64,000 bases of DNA from Chloroflexota bacterium (GTDB taxonomy: Bacteria; Chloroflexota; Dehalococcoidia; UBA2979), in contig JAQCIU010000014.1 of NCBI GenBank assembly GCA_027593235.1, forward strand, positions 1-64,000. Reading direction: 5' to 3'. The notes under the pieces were generated by a model. The model saw nothing but the letters and a program-made list of their open reading frames with translations, was not told where the DNA came from and did no database searches. Of this stretch, positions 17,839 through 26,502 are shown piece by piece. The position numbers were made by a program, and so were the translations under genes. Position 1 is the stretch's first letter; every line of letters begins with the position of its first letter.

Positions 17839-18843
17839 CAGGTCCACCACTTCCTGCACGGTCAGGAGCGGCAGATCCCAGTGGTAGAAGAGCTTAAACG
17901 CCGACCGCTCGGCGTAGTCGGATCGTGAGTAGAACTCGAAGCCGCTGATCTTGTCGCCAGCACCGCCGAAGCCGTCCATATCGATGGTGATCTCCACGGA
18001 CGGGACGTCGTCGTAGCGTTCTGGTTCGATCAGCATGCTCTGCTTGAACTGGTGCAGCACCAGTAGCTTCGGTGGGATACCGGCGTCCTCGACGAGGGTC
18101 GCGAGGTAGTGCTGCACCGCGTTCACCTCGTCGGCGTCGAGCGCGCCGATCACCTGGCCGGGCGCGTAACCGAAGCGCGCGGTCGCGAACTCCGGGTCGA
18201 GCGCGAGGTGCACGAACGGCTCGCGCAAGAACCACTCGAGGCGTTGCACGTCCTGCAGCGGATCGGACCAGCCGATCTGGAGATCGACGAAGAGCAGCAG
18301 GCCATAGTCCCGCGCTAACTCGACGTACTGGGCGATCTGCTGCTTGTTCATCCTGTCGAGGTAGAGACCGTCGTCCGTGGGACCGGCCTGCGCGACATCG
18401 ACGATCAGGTGAAGCGCCCCGACCGTTTCGCGGCTGCCGTTCAGCGCGTCGTACTCCGCCGCGAGGGCCTTGACCTTGACTGCGGCGTCGAGCGGATCGT
18501 GCACGCCCAGCTCGCCCATCGTCTCGTACCCGGGGTAGCCGTAGAAGGAGACCACCTGGTGCGTCTCGAAGATGCTGACCGGCGGCTCGGCGGGCGCGGC
18601 CTCGACAATGCGAACCGGCGCGGTCGCGACGAGCGTCACGGGCGAGGGCAGCGCGGCCGTGGGGGCGGTAGTGACCGCCTCGGCGCGCGGCGCCGGGATC
18701 GGTCGTGGCAGCGGCGTCTGACTGGAAGCGAGCGCAGGGGTCGACGAGCTAGCGAGAATCGCCGAACAGATGATCACTACCCACGAAGCGTGTCGAACCA
18801 GAGTCCGCAAGAGTATCCACCTGCACCGGCCACCCCTGGCCAC
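17812..18843 (-). CDS. Exported hypothetical protein with Pro/Ala-rich linker
   Basis: Hydrophobic N-terminus, P/A/T-rich linker, then YGYP...MGELG, HLALDPEF, LHQF, DMDGFG, FKLFY and YVIYQ. Start uncertain. Confidence 0.7.
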   Translation of the reverse strand: MARGGRCRWILLRTLVRHASWVVIICSAILASSSTPALASSQTPLPRPIPAPRAEAVTTAPTAALPSPVTLVATAPVRIVEAAPAEPPVSIFETHQVVSFYGYPGYETMGELGVHDPLDAAVKVKALAAEYDALNGSRETVGALHLIVDVAQAGPTDDGLYLDRMNKQQIAQYVELARDYGLLLFVDLQIGWSDPLQDVQRLEWFLREPFVHLALDPEFATARFGYAPGQVIGALDADEVNAVQHYLATLVEDAGIPPKLLVLHQFKQSMLIEPERYDDVPSVEITIDMDGFGGAGDKISGFEFYSRSDYAERSAFKLFYHWDLPLLTVQEVVDLDVDYVIYQ

Positions 18844-18916
18844 CAGTGCAAGCGACGATACAAAGCATCATTCGCGTAAGCAAGTCATCATTTCTACCCC
18901 GAGCACCTGCTGGCGG

Positions 18917-19819
18917 TCAGCTTTCCCCAACGACGACGCCCGTCAGCGCCTCCAGCGCGTTCACCAGCGCCTGTGTGCCGACGTCCGGGCCCGACTGCCG
19001 CTCCACCGCCGCAAGGAGCTGGTGGACCATCGAGGTGCCGGTCAGCGGCAAGCGGAGCTGATCCGCGGCCTCCAGCGCCAGGCGCAGGTCTTTCTGCTGC
19101 AACCCGACCTTGAACCCCGGTGCGAAATCGCGGGCGACGACCTTCGGCCCGAGGTTGGAGATCTGCCAGGACCCGGCGGCGCCGGCACTGATCGCCTCCA
19201 GCATCGTCGCGGGATCGACGCCGCTGGCCTGGCAGAAGACCAACGCTTCCGCCATCGCGAAGTTGTTGATGCAGACGGCGATCTGGTTGCAGAGCTTGAC
19301 CGTCTGCCCGGACCCGCTCGGGCCGCAGTGGGTGATGCGCGCGCCCATCGCCTCGAGGATCGGGCGCACGCGTTCGAGGGCGGCCGCGTCGCCGCCGACC
19401 ATGATCGACAGTGTGCCGTTGATTGCGCCCTGCTCCCCGCCCGAGATCGGCGCATCGAGGAGCTCGACGGCCTTCGCCGCGAGCAGGGCGCCGATCTCGC
19501 GCGTGACGGCGGGCGAGATGGTGGACATGTCGATCACGACGCTGCCGGGGCGAACGCCCTCAATCGCGCCGGACAGGCCTTCGCTGCCGAGCAGCACCGC
19601 CTCGACGTCGGCGCTGGCGGTGACGCAGGAGATGGTGACGTCGCTTCGCGCCGCCACATCCGCCGGTGACGCGCCGATGGTGGCGCCATGTTCCGCGGCT
19701 TCCCGCGAGCGCGCCTCGGTGCGGTTCCAGACGGTGACCGCGAACCCGGCCTGCAGCAGGTTGCGCACCATCGGCGCACCCATAATCCCGAGGCCGATGA
19801 AGCCGACCGATTCCGTCAC
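18917..19819 (-). CDS. beta-hydroxyacid dehydrogenase (GarR/MmsB family)
   Basis: GFIGLGIMG, DMSTI, DAPISGG, GQTVKLCNQ and KDL motifs; AGGAGG RBS. Confidence 0.9.
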   Translation of the reverse strand: MTESVGFIGLGIMGAPMVRNLLQAGFAVTVWNRTEARSREAAEHGATIGASPADVAARSDVTISCVTASADVEAVLLGSEGLSGAIEGVRPGSVVIDMSTISPAVTREIGALLAAKAVELLDAPISGGEQGAINGTLSIMVGGDAAALERVRPILEAMGARITHCGPSGSGQTVKLCNQIAVCINNFAMAEALVFCQASGVDPATMLEAISAGAAGSWQISNLGPKVVARDFAPGFKVGLQQKDLRLALEAADQLRLPLTGTSMVHQLLAAVERQSGPDVGTQALVNALEALTGVVVGES

Positions 19820-19920
19820 GTTTGTGCCTCCTTGAGCCTGCCGTATCCTCGGACCAGCGCCGGGCCGGACGCCGCCAGCATAATGCGGCCCCCCGAGCGC
19901 ACGACCCGAAGGAGGGCGCA

Positions 19921-20055
19921 ATGAAGAAAATGGTGACGCGCCTCATCGCGCTCGGGGTCGTTGGCTTCGCGATCTACCGTGCGCTGCGCATGGCTGGCGT
20001 GATCGGCGGCGACGACTCCGTCGACTTCGAATGGGTCGACGACGACACCAACTAG
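19921..20055 (+). CDS. 44-aa small single-TM protein
   Basis: AAGGAGG RBS; MKKMVTRLIALGVVGFAIYRALRMAGVIGGDDSVDFEWVDDDTN; followed by a hairpin. Confidence 0.6.
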   Translation: MKKMVTRLIALGVVGFAIYRALRMAGVIGGDDSVDFEWVDDDTN

Positions 20056-20070
20056 CGACCGGGGCGGGGC

Positions 20071-20096
20071 CGCCCGGGGCGGCTAGCCGCCCGGGC
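20071..20096. terminator. GC-rich hairpin between convergent genes
   Basis: CGCCCG(G)GGCGGC-ta-GCCGCCCGGGCG. Confidence 0.45.
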
Positions 20097-20117
20097 GATC
20101 GTCAACCGCCGGCGTCG

Positions 20118-20777
20118 CTACTCCCCGGGGCGAGCCTGCTGTTGGCCCCAGTTTCCCCAGTGCACGACCTCTTCGACCGGACGCCGCTTCGGCTGCGCCC
20201 AGCGCCCCTGCGCGGGGTAGCCGAGCGGAATCAGTCCCATCGTCTTCGCGTCCTCCGGGATGCCCAGCAGCGCCTTCACATCGTCCTCGTGGCTCATGTA
20301 GAGCGAGGTGAGCGTGGCGCCGATGCCGTAGGCACGCGCCGCCAGCATCAGGTTCTGCACCGCGCCGTAGATCGAGGAGCCGGTCATCCGGCTCTCGCGC
20401 GCGTTGCGCAGCACCGGGAACACCCAGACGGGCGCCTCGTGCAGGTGCGTGGCGAGGTGATCGGCGGAGAGGAAGTTGCGACGTCCGAGGCCGGCGCCAT
20501 CCTCGGAGGCGAGGATCTCCTCGCGACGCACGCCGTAGGCGGCGTCCCAGCCTTCCTGGTACCAGGCCTGGATCTGCGCCTTCACCGCCGGGTCGGTGAC
20601 GATCACCCAGCCCCAGCCCTGCGTGTTGCCGCCGGTCGGCCCGCGAATCGCCGCGTCGAGGATCGCCCACAGCACGTCGTCCGGAATCCGATCGCGCTTC
20701 AGGTAACGCCGCGCCGGCGTCGAGTGAATGGCGGCGAGGACATCGAGCGTTTCGTGATCGGGGAGGTTGTCAGGCAT
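20118..20777 (-). CDS. Nitroreductase-family flavoprotein
   Basis: AIRGPTGGNTQGW, AVQNLMLAARAYGIG and IPLGYP motifs. Confidence 0.9.
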   Translation of the reverse strand: MPDNLPDHETLDVLAAIHSTPARRYLKRDRIPDDVLWAILDAAIRGPTGGNTQGWGWVIVTDPAVKAQIQAWYQEGWDAAYGVRREEILASEDGAGLGRRNFLSADHLATHLHEAPVWVFPVLRNARESRMTGSSIYGAVQNLMLAARAYGIGATLTSLYMSHEDDVKALLGIPEDAKTMGLIPLGYPAQGRWAQPKRRPVEEVVHWGNWGQQQARPGE

Positions 20778-20862
20778 CGGATCTCCAGTCGTTGTGGGGC
20801 GAGTCGCCCGTCCGGAGTCTAGCCGACGGCTGATCCGGGAGCGGGACCACGGGGCAGACACG

Positions 20863-20889
20863 AAAGCGGGGACCCCGTTGGGTCCCCGC
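20863..20889 (-). terminator. Intrinsic terminator after the thiolase-like gene
   Basis: GCGGGGACCC-n4-GGGTCCCCGC stem followed by TTT on the minus strand. Confidence 0.7.
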
Positions 20890-20916
20890 CTGTTCAATCG
20901 CTCGGGCGCCCTCGGC

Positions 20917-22074
20917 CTAGTCGTTGCCGAGGATCAGCGTCGAGGTACCGGAGAACATGCCCGCGGGGGCGTGCACCATGCTGGTGTGCAAGTCCTTGAG
21001 CTGACGCTCGCCGGCCTCGCCACGGAGCTGGGTCACCGATTCCATGATGGCGAACATGCCGTACATGCCGGTGTGCGTGTACGAGAGCCCGCCGCCGTTG
21101 GTGTTCATCGGGAAGTCGCCGCCCGGGGCCGTGTGGCCCTCCGCCATGTACGGGCCGCTCTCACCCGGCTTCACGAAGCCGAGCGCCTCGAGCGCGTACA
21201 TCGGGACGTGCGTGAACGCGTCGTAGAACATGGCGTGCTGGATGTCCTTCTGGGACATCCCGGCCATCGCGAACGCGTCCTTGCCGGTCTGGATCGCCGA
21301 GGTCCACTCGGTCATATCGCGCATCGAGCTGATGCCGGCGTGGGCCGTGGCCTCGCCGCGACCGAGCACCCAGACCGGGGGCTTCGGGAAGTCCTTTGCG
21401 CGCTCCTCGCTGACGAGGACCAGCGCACCGCCGCCATCGGTGACGACACAGCAGTTGAGCAGGTGCATCGGCCAGGCGATCAGCCGCGAGTTCAACACGT
21501 CCTCGACCGTGATCGGATCGCGCATCAACGCACGGGGGTTCAGCTCCGCCCACTTCCGTGTGGCGACGGCGACCGAGGCCATTTGCTCCTCGGTGGTGCC
21601 GTACTCGTGCATGTGCCGCACGACGGGGATGGAGAACATGCTGGGCGGGCCCCAGACGCCGTACGGCGCCTCGAACTGTCCACCGATCGTCGCGCCGCCG
21701 CCGCCACGGCCGCCGACGCCGACCTGCGAGCGACCTGACTCGCCGTGGGTCACGAGGACCACGTCGCAGTAGCCGGCCTGGATCGCAGCCACGGCGTGGC
21801 CGACGTGCATCAGGAACGAGCCGCCGCCGACGGACGTGCCGTCGACCCACCTCGGAATGATGTTCAGGTACTCGGTCAGTTGAGCCGGCGTGGGGCCGGC
21901 GGTGGCGACGCCATCGACGTCGTCGAGCGTGAGGCCGGCGTCCGCGAGGGCGAGCATCGCCGCCTCCGCGTGCAACTGCATCATCGAGTGATTCGGCAGC
22001 TTACCGACGGTCTCGGTCTCGGAGGCGCCAACGATGGCGACCTTGTGGCTGTAGTCCCGGGAATTACGGGTCAC
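20917..22074 (-). CDS. Thiolase-superfamily protein (SCP-x/Ltp2-like)
   Basis: NPRA, CCVVTDGGGA, YDAFT and NTNGGGLS motifs; paired with DUF35. Confidence 0.85.
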   Translation of the reverse strand: MTRNSRDYSHKVAIVGASETETVGKLPNHSMMQLHAEAAMLALADAGLTLDDVDGVATAGPTPAQLTEYLNIIPRWVDGTSVGGGSFLMHVGHAVAAIQAGYCDVVLVTHGESGRSQVGVGGRGGGGATIGGQFEAPYGVWGPPSMFSIPVVRHMHEYGTTEEQMASVAVATRKWAELNPRALMRDPITVEDVLNSRLIAWPMHLLNCCVVTDGGGALVLVSEERAKDFPKPPVWVLGRGEATAHAGISSMRDMTEWTSAIQTGKDAFAMAGMSQKDIQHAMFYDAFTHVPMYALEALGFVKPGESGPYMAEGHTAPGGDFPMNTNGGGLSYTHTGMYGMFAIMESVTQLRGEAGERQLKDLHTSMVHAPAGMFSGTSTLILGND

Positions 22075-22087
22075 GTTGATCCTCCGC

Positions 22088-22504
22088 CTATCCGGCCGGC
22101 TGGAACTTCGGCAACGTCACCTCGTCGGTGACGTCGTCGTAGACGATTTCGAGGGCCATGTCCGGCTTCAGGTGCGCCGGATCCGGCTCGACGTTAATCA
22201 CGTTGGTCATCATCTTCGGCCCCTCGTCGAGCTCGACGATGGCGATGACGTAGGGCACCTCGTCCGCCCAACCGCCGAAGCCGCGGTGGGAGATGACGTA
22301 GGTGTGCAGCTTCGCCTTGCCGGAGACCGTCTCCCAGGCGACGTTCGTCGACCGGCAGCCGGGGGCGGGGCAGAACGGGCGCGGGAAGAAGTAGAACTCG
22401 TTGCAGTCCTGGCACTTCTGGATGCGCAGCTCATGCCGCTTCAAACCGTCCCAGAACTCTTGTGTTTCAGGCGTCGCCTGCGGGAGCGCCTTCGCGTATG
22501 CCAT
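22088..22504 (-). CDS. Zn-ribbon/OB-fold acyl-CoA-binding protein (DUF35/ChsH2-like)
   Basis: FW, CQDC...CPAPGC and PYVIAIVELDEGPKMMTN motifs. Confidence 0.9.
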   Translation of the reverse strand: MAYAKALPQATPETQEFWDGLKRHELRIQKCQDCNEFYFFPRPFCPAPGCRSTNVAWETVSGKAKLHTYVISHRGFGGWADEVPYVIAIVELDEGPKMMTNVINVEPDPAHLKPDMALEIVYDDVTDEVTLPKFQPAG

Positions 22505-22716
22505 GTCTCCTCCGGTCCCCGTGCACGTGAATCTCGTCGCGACGCCGGGTCGTGCCCGAACGTTTTCGACTCTCGTTCGATTTGTGGTGGTGGCGGGAAA
22601 TTAGCAGACGCCCCGCGCTGTCACAACATTCGATCGCGCGCATCGTAGCGCCGACGGAGGCGAGGCGTGACCGTGGCTCACGGAGATCGCGCGTGACCGC
22701 GAGGGCAACGCCGACG

Positions 22717-22896
22717 CTAGCGGATGAAGACGAGCGCGACGGTCCCAAGCATGGAGATGAGCGCAAGCCAGCCGAGCACCTGGAGGGCGACCGGCCACCA
22801 ACTCCGCTTCGACGGCTCCCACGGGCCGTACCCGGCCTCATCCGTGAGATCGGGATCGAGGTCGCCCTCAGTGGATTCGAACCAGTCGCTCATCAT
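22717..22896 (-). CDS. 59-aa acidic protein with C-terminal TM helix (absent from the ORF track)
   Basis: MMSDWFESTEGDLDPDLTDEAGYGPWEPSKRSWWPVALQVLGWLALISMLGTVALVFIR; ATGA overlap with the upstream thioesterase stop. Confidence 0.6.
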   Translation of the reverse strand: MMSDWFESTEGDLDPDLTDEAGYGPWEPSKRSWWPVALQVLGWLALISMLGTVALVFIR

Positions 22897-23327
22897 CGTT
22901 CCCGACTCAGCGCGCAGGTGACGCGCGCCTTTGCGTTGATCCGGCCGGCGTCCTCGCCCTCGTCGCCGACGCGCACCTCGACGTCGACGACGGTGAGGCG
23001 ACCATGGCGCAGGACGCGCGCCTCTATCACGGTCAGTTTGGCGCGCGCGGAGTAGAGATACGAGATCCCGAGGTCCTGCGTCCCTTCGATGCGCTCACCG
23101 GGACCGAGCAGCGTGGCGATCGCGAGGTGCGCAGCGACCTCGGCGACGCTGGCCTGCACGCCGCCGTTGATCGAGTCACGGACGCCCGAGACGTTCGTCG
23201 AGTTGCGGTCCATCGCGAGGCAGGCATGGCCCGGCTCGAGCGCCGAGACGGTGACGCCGAGGCCGCGCAGCAGCGGGCGTTGTTCCCAGTCCGCGACCAG
23301 CTCCGTGAACGGTGCGGCGACGGTCAT
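22893..23327 (-). CDS. PaaI-family hotdog thioesterase
   Basis: LGV, INGGVQASVAE, TQDLGISYL and ARVLRHGRL motifs. Confidence 0.8.
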   Translation of the reverse strand: MTVAAPFTELVADWEQRPLLRGLGVTVSALEPGHACLAMDRNSTNVSGVRDSINGGVQASVAEVAAHLAIATLLGPGERIEGTQDLGISYLYSARAKLTVIEARVLRHGRLTVVDVEVRVGDEGEDAGRINAKARVTCALSRER

Positions 23328-23749
23328 TGCGCGGGCCTCGTGGTGACGGCGTAGGTACTGCGGCCACGCGCGAACTCGCCGGCGGCATCGGAGACGGTGA
23401 ACTCGACGAGGCGGGTGGTCGGCGATCGGCCGACGACCTGGCAGGCAACGTGCGCGGTCCCCCTGGCGGCGCGCAGGTAGGTGACGTTCAGCTCGGCGGT
23501 GCCGTTCATCTCCTCGGGCGGGGCGACCGTGGTGGCGCCGGCGCGCACGAGGGCGATATCGACGGCGGTCGTCAGCGCGAAGGTGGTGGGGGTGGCCTCG
23601 CCCGGCCCCGCCTCTACATCGCAGTCGGCGCGGCCGTCCGCGGCACGGCCGGCGACGATGCCCATGAGCTGGTTGAGTGGCCGATCGTCCTGGGAGATCG
23701 GCTGATTCCAGCGCGACTCCGAGTGCTGGGGCGCTGACCCGTCGGCCAC
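23324..23749 (-). CDS. Hotdog-fold (PaaI-like) protein
   Basis: TAELNVTYLRAARG and FARGRSTY; ATGA coupling to the next gene. Confidence 0.7.
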   Translation of the reverse strand: MADGSAPQHSESRWNQPISQDDRPLNQLMGIVAGRAADGRADCDVEAGPGEATPTTFALTTAVDIALVRAGATTVAPPEEMNGTAELNVTYLRAARGTAHVACQVVGRSPTTRLVEFTVSDAAGEFARGRSTYAVTTRPAQ

Positions 23750-23831
23750 GAGACCTCCCGCGTGGTGCGTGTTGGCCGTCGCAGCCTAGCGCACGCTCAC
23801 GCCCGGAGCAGCCCCCCGGCGCCGGCTTCGA

Positions 23832-23893
23832 ATGCCGGGCGCTGCGACTGCTGATGCGCCGAGCGCTGGCACCCATAATGCGCCGAGCGCTGG
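23832..23893. repeat. Direct repeats in a divergent promoter region
   Basis: ATGCGCCGAGCGCTGG at 23854 and 23878 (24-bp period), plus degenerate ATGCCGGGCGCTG at 23832. Confidence 0.65.
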
Positions 23894-23928
23894 GGCGGCT
23901 ATCCTCGGGCGAGGGCACACGGAGGGCG

Positions 23929-24675
23929 ATGCGAATGGCGATCCTGGTACAGCGCGAGTTCACGGTGGCACTGGCGGATCGCGCGCGCTTCGAGGATCTG
24001 AGCCGCAACGGCGTCTGGCCCTCGATGTTGCGTTACGGCTCGTTGATGGTCGGCTACGGGTTCTGGGCCTTCGGCGGGCCAGGCGACGTGGTGGTCACGC
24101 ACAGCGTGTACCGCGACATGGATCACTGGATGGGGACGCGCCTCGGTGGGTTCCTCGAGGCGGATCCGGCGATTCGCGCGCAGGCCGCGGAGTTCGCGGA
24201 AGCGAAGTCCGCCCGCCCGCCGATCATCGCGCACTCGCGGGCGCGGATGCTCGAACTGGACGATCACGTGAGCACCCTCGATCCAAAGCCGCGCAGCGCG
24301 GACGACCCGCTGGCCGTGGCGCCGCAGAACTTTGGGCGCGGCTCGGTCGTCTCGGAACTCTGCTATTCGCTCACCGATCCGGCGCACCGACAGCGCTTCG
24401 AACAGCTCTCGCACGAACACATCTGGCCGTGGCTCGAAACCCAAGGAGCGCGACTGATCGCGTTCGGCCGCGACCCGCTCGGGCCGGGCAACGAGGTGGT
24501 GACGCTCTTCGCGTTCCGCTCGCTCGATCACTGGTATCGGTTGTCCCGCCCGTCACCCGACCAGGATCCGCCGCCGGCGGCGATGGATGCCTGGAACGAA
24601 CGACACCGGCTGATCGGTGGACAGCGCGGTCGCCTGCTCCAGGTGGCGACCGACTGGGGAACCCCGGTCGCATGA
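23929..24675 (+). CDS. Tandem NIPSNAP-like (dimeric alpha/beta barrel) protein
   Basis: Two similar halves (RARFEDLSRNGVWP..G..MVGYG and RQRFEQLSHEHIWP..G..LIAFG); GGAGG RBS. Confidence 0.6.
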   Translation: MRMAILVQREFTVALADRARFEDLSRNGVWPSMLRYGSLMVGYGFWAFGGPGDVVVTHSVYRDMDHWMGTRLGGFLEADPAIRAQAAEFAEAKSARPPIIAHSRARMLELDDHVSTLDPKPRSADDPLAVAPQNFGRGSVVSELCYSLTDPAHRQRFEQLSHEHIWPWLETQGARLIAFGRDPLGPGNEVVTLFAFRSLDHWYRLSRPSPDQDPPPAAMDAWNERHRLIGGQRGRLLQVATDWGTPVA

Positions 24676-24691
24676 CAAACACGACGGACGC

Positions 24692-25618
24692 ATGACCAGC
24701 GCGCTCAACTCGCTCCCGGACGAGGAGACGCTGCGGGCGGTTGAGGCGCTCGCGCTGGAACTCGCCCGCGAGGGCGGTCGCCAGGCGACTGACGGCCTCG
24801 CACGCGAAATCACCGTCGACTACAAGACGGACGCGAAGACAGACGGCGACGCACCTCGGGACCCGGTTTCGGAGATCGACCGCGCGGTGGAGGCGATGGT
24901 CCGCGAGCGCGTCGGCGAGCGCTTCCCCGGCCACGACATCATCGGCGAAGAGGTCGAGCTGCACCCCGACACCGTCGAGGACTTCGTCTGGGTGGTCGAT
25001 CCGGTCGATGGCACCGCCAACTTCGTGAACGGTTACCCGCTCTTCTGCGTCTCGATCGGCGTGCTCTTCAACGGTGTACCGGTCGTCGGGGCGCTCTGGT
25101 GCTCCTCGACCCACGCCCTCCACCCGGGCGTCTACCACGCCCACCGTGGCGGCGGGCTCTACTTCGAGGAGCAGGCGTTCACCCCGGTCCCGGCGACGGA
25201 CGTGCGGCGACGGCTGAGCGCCGCCCCGGGTGGCAGTCCGGGACGCACGCAACACTGGGACCACCGCGTCACCGGCTCAGCGGCGATCGAGCTGGCCTTC
25301 GTGGCCGCCGGCATCTTCCAGAGCGCATGGTTCGGCGGCCTCAAGATCTGGGACCTCGCCGCCGGCGTGCTGCTGATCCAGGAAGCGGGCGGGCGGGTGA
25401 TCCACCGCCGCGGCTCCACCTTCGAGGCGTTCGAACGCTTCGAGGCGCCGGCGGAGGTGAAGGAGGATCGCGCGCCCTCGTTGCGTGACTGGCGCGGGCT
25501 GATCATCGTCGGGACCGACGAAGCGGTGGCGGTGGTCCAGGAGCGCCTCAGCCGCCGGCCCTCGTGGTTCACGCGATTCCGCTCGAAGATCGGCCTGGGA
25601 CCGCGCCGGCGTCGCTAG
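24692..25618 (+). CDS. Inositol monophosphatase-family protein
   Basis: GEE, WVVDPVDGTANF, GSAA and WDLAAG motifs. Confidence 0.9.
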   Translation: MTSALNSLPDEETLRAVEALALELAREGGRQATDGLAREITVDYKTDAKTDGDAPRDPVSEIDRAVEAMVRERVGERFPGHDIIGEEVELHPDTVEDFVWVVDPVDGTANFVNGYPLFCVSIGVLFNGVPVVGALWCSSTHALHPGVYHAHRGGGLYFEEQAFTPVPATDVRRRLSAAPGGSPGRTQHWDHRVTGSAAIELAFVAAGIFQSAWFGGLKIWDLAAGVLLIQEAGGRVIHRRGSTFEAFERFEAPAEVKEDRAPSLRDWRGLIIVGTDEAVAVVQERLSRRPSWFTRFRSKIGLGPRRRR

Positions 25619-25672
25619 GCAGCGACCGCATTCGGAGCGCTCAGAGCGGGCAGCCCTGCGCGCGGACCGCGC

Positions 25673-26434
25673 TCAAATCAGCGGCCACGGCACACAGCGG
25701 TACGGGTACATCTGCGGCAGCACAGGGTGCGAGGCGAGCGCGTCACAGCGCGTCGCGAACGCCTCGAGTTCGTATCCCGCGAGGCGGTCGCGAAACGGCG
25801 CGCTCGTTTCGTCGGCACCGGCGACGCAGGTGCGCAGACGTCGGATGTCCTCGACCCAGGCAGCCGGCAGTTCGGTGCCCGCGTAATCCCAGATCACGGT
25901 ACGTAGCTTCTCCACCGAGTTGAAGCAGAGCCCATTATCGATCCCCCAGATGCGGTCATCGACATCCAGAAGCAGGTGGCCGCCCTTGCGATCGGCGTTG
26001 TTCGCGATCAGGTCGAAGGCCGCGAAGCGGACGAATTGCTCGTCGAGGCTGTCGCGCTCACGCACCGCAAAGTAGTGCTCGCCGGGATCGTGCTCGATGA
26101 AGAGCTGCATCGAGCCGACGCCGTGCTCGCCGTCCCGTTCGACCGTCGGCGGGATCAGGTCCCAGCCGAGGAGCAGCGATACCTCGTAGGCCGCGATCTC
26201 GCGCTGGTAGAGCGTGCCGTACGGAAAGTCGTGCAGCGGCTGCTCGCCGCGCTCCGGCTTGTACACGCCGAGGCCAGGCCCGAGTTCGTCGTGCTGGAGG
26301 TCGGCGAGGAAGACGTAGTTCGAGGAGTCATAGATCAGGCGGAGCTGGGTGATCTCCGCGTCGCGCAGCGCGTCCGGCACGCGCGGGTCCGCGGGCATCC
26401 ACGAGTTCCGCAACGACGCCGTCTCTGTCGCCAT
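25673..26434 (-). CDS. SCO1664-family (PI3/4-kinase-like) protein
   Basis: SN, VYKP.RGEQPL.DFP.GTL..REIAAY, NNADRKGGH, IDNGL and PWP motifs. Confidence 0.8.
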   Translation of the reverse strand: MATETASLRNSWMPADPRVPDALRDAEITQLRLIYDSSNYVFLADLQHDELGPGLGVYKPERGEQPLHDFPYGTLYQREIAAYEVSLLLGWDLIPPTVERDGEHGVGSMQLFIEHDPGEHYFAVRERDSLDEQFVRFAAFDLIANNADRKGGHLLLDVDDRIWGIDNGLCFNSVEKLRTVIWDYAGTELPAAWVEDIRRLRTCVAGADETSAPFRDRLAGYELEAFATRCDALASHPVLPQMYPYRCVPWPLI

Positions 26435-26502
26435 GCCCGTCCCGTCGCGCGCCGCTTGCCACCTCGATTGTACGAATCGGCGGCGTGGGCCGTGTCGCGC
26501 GA

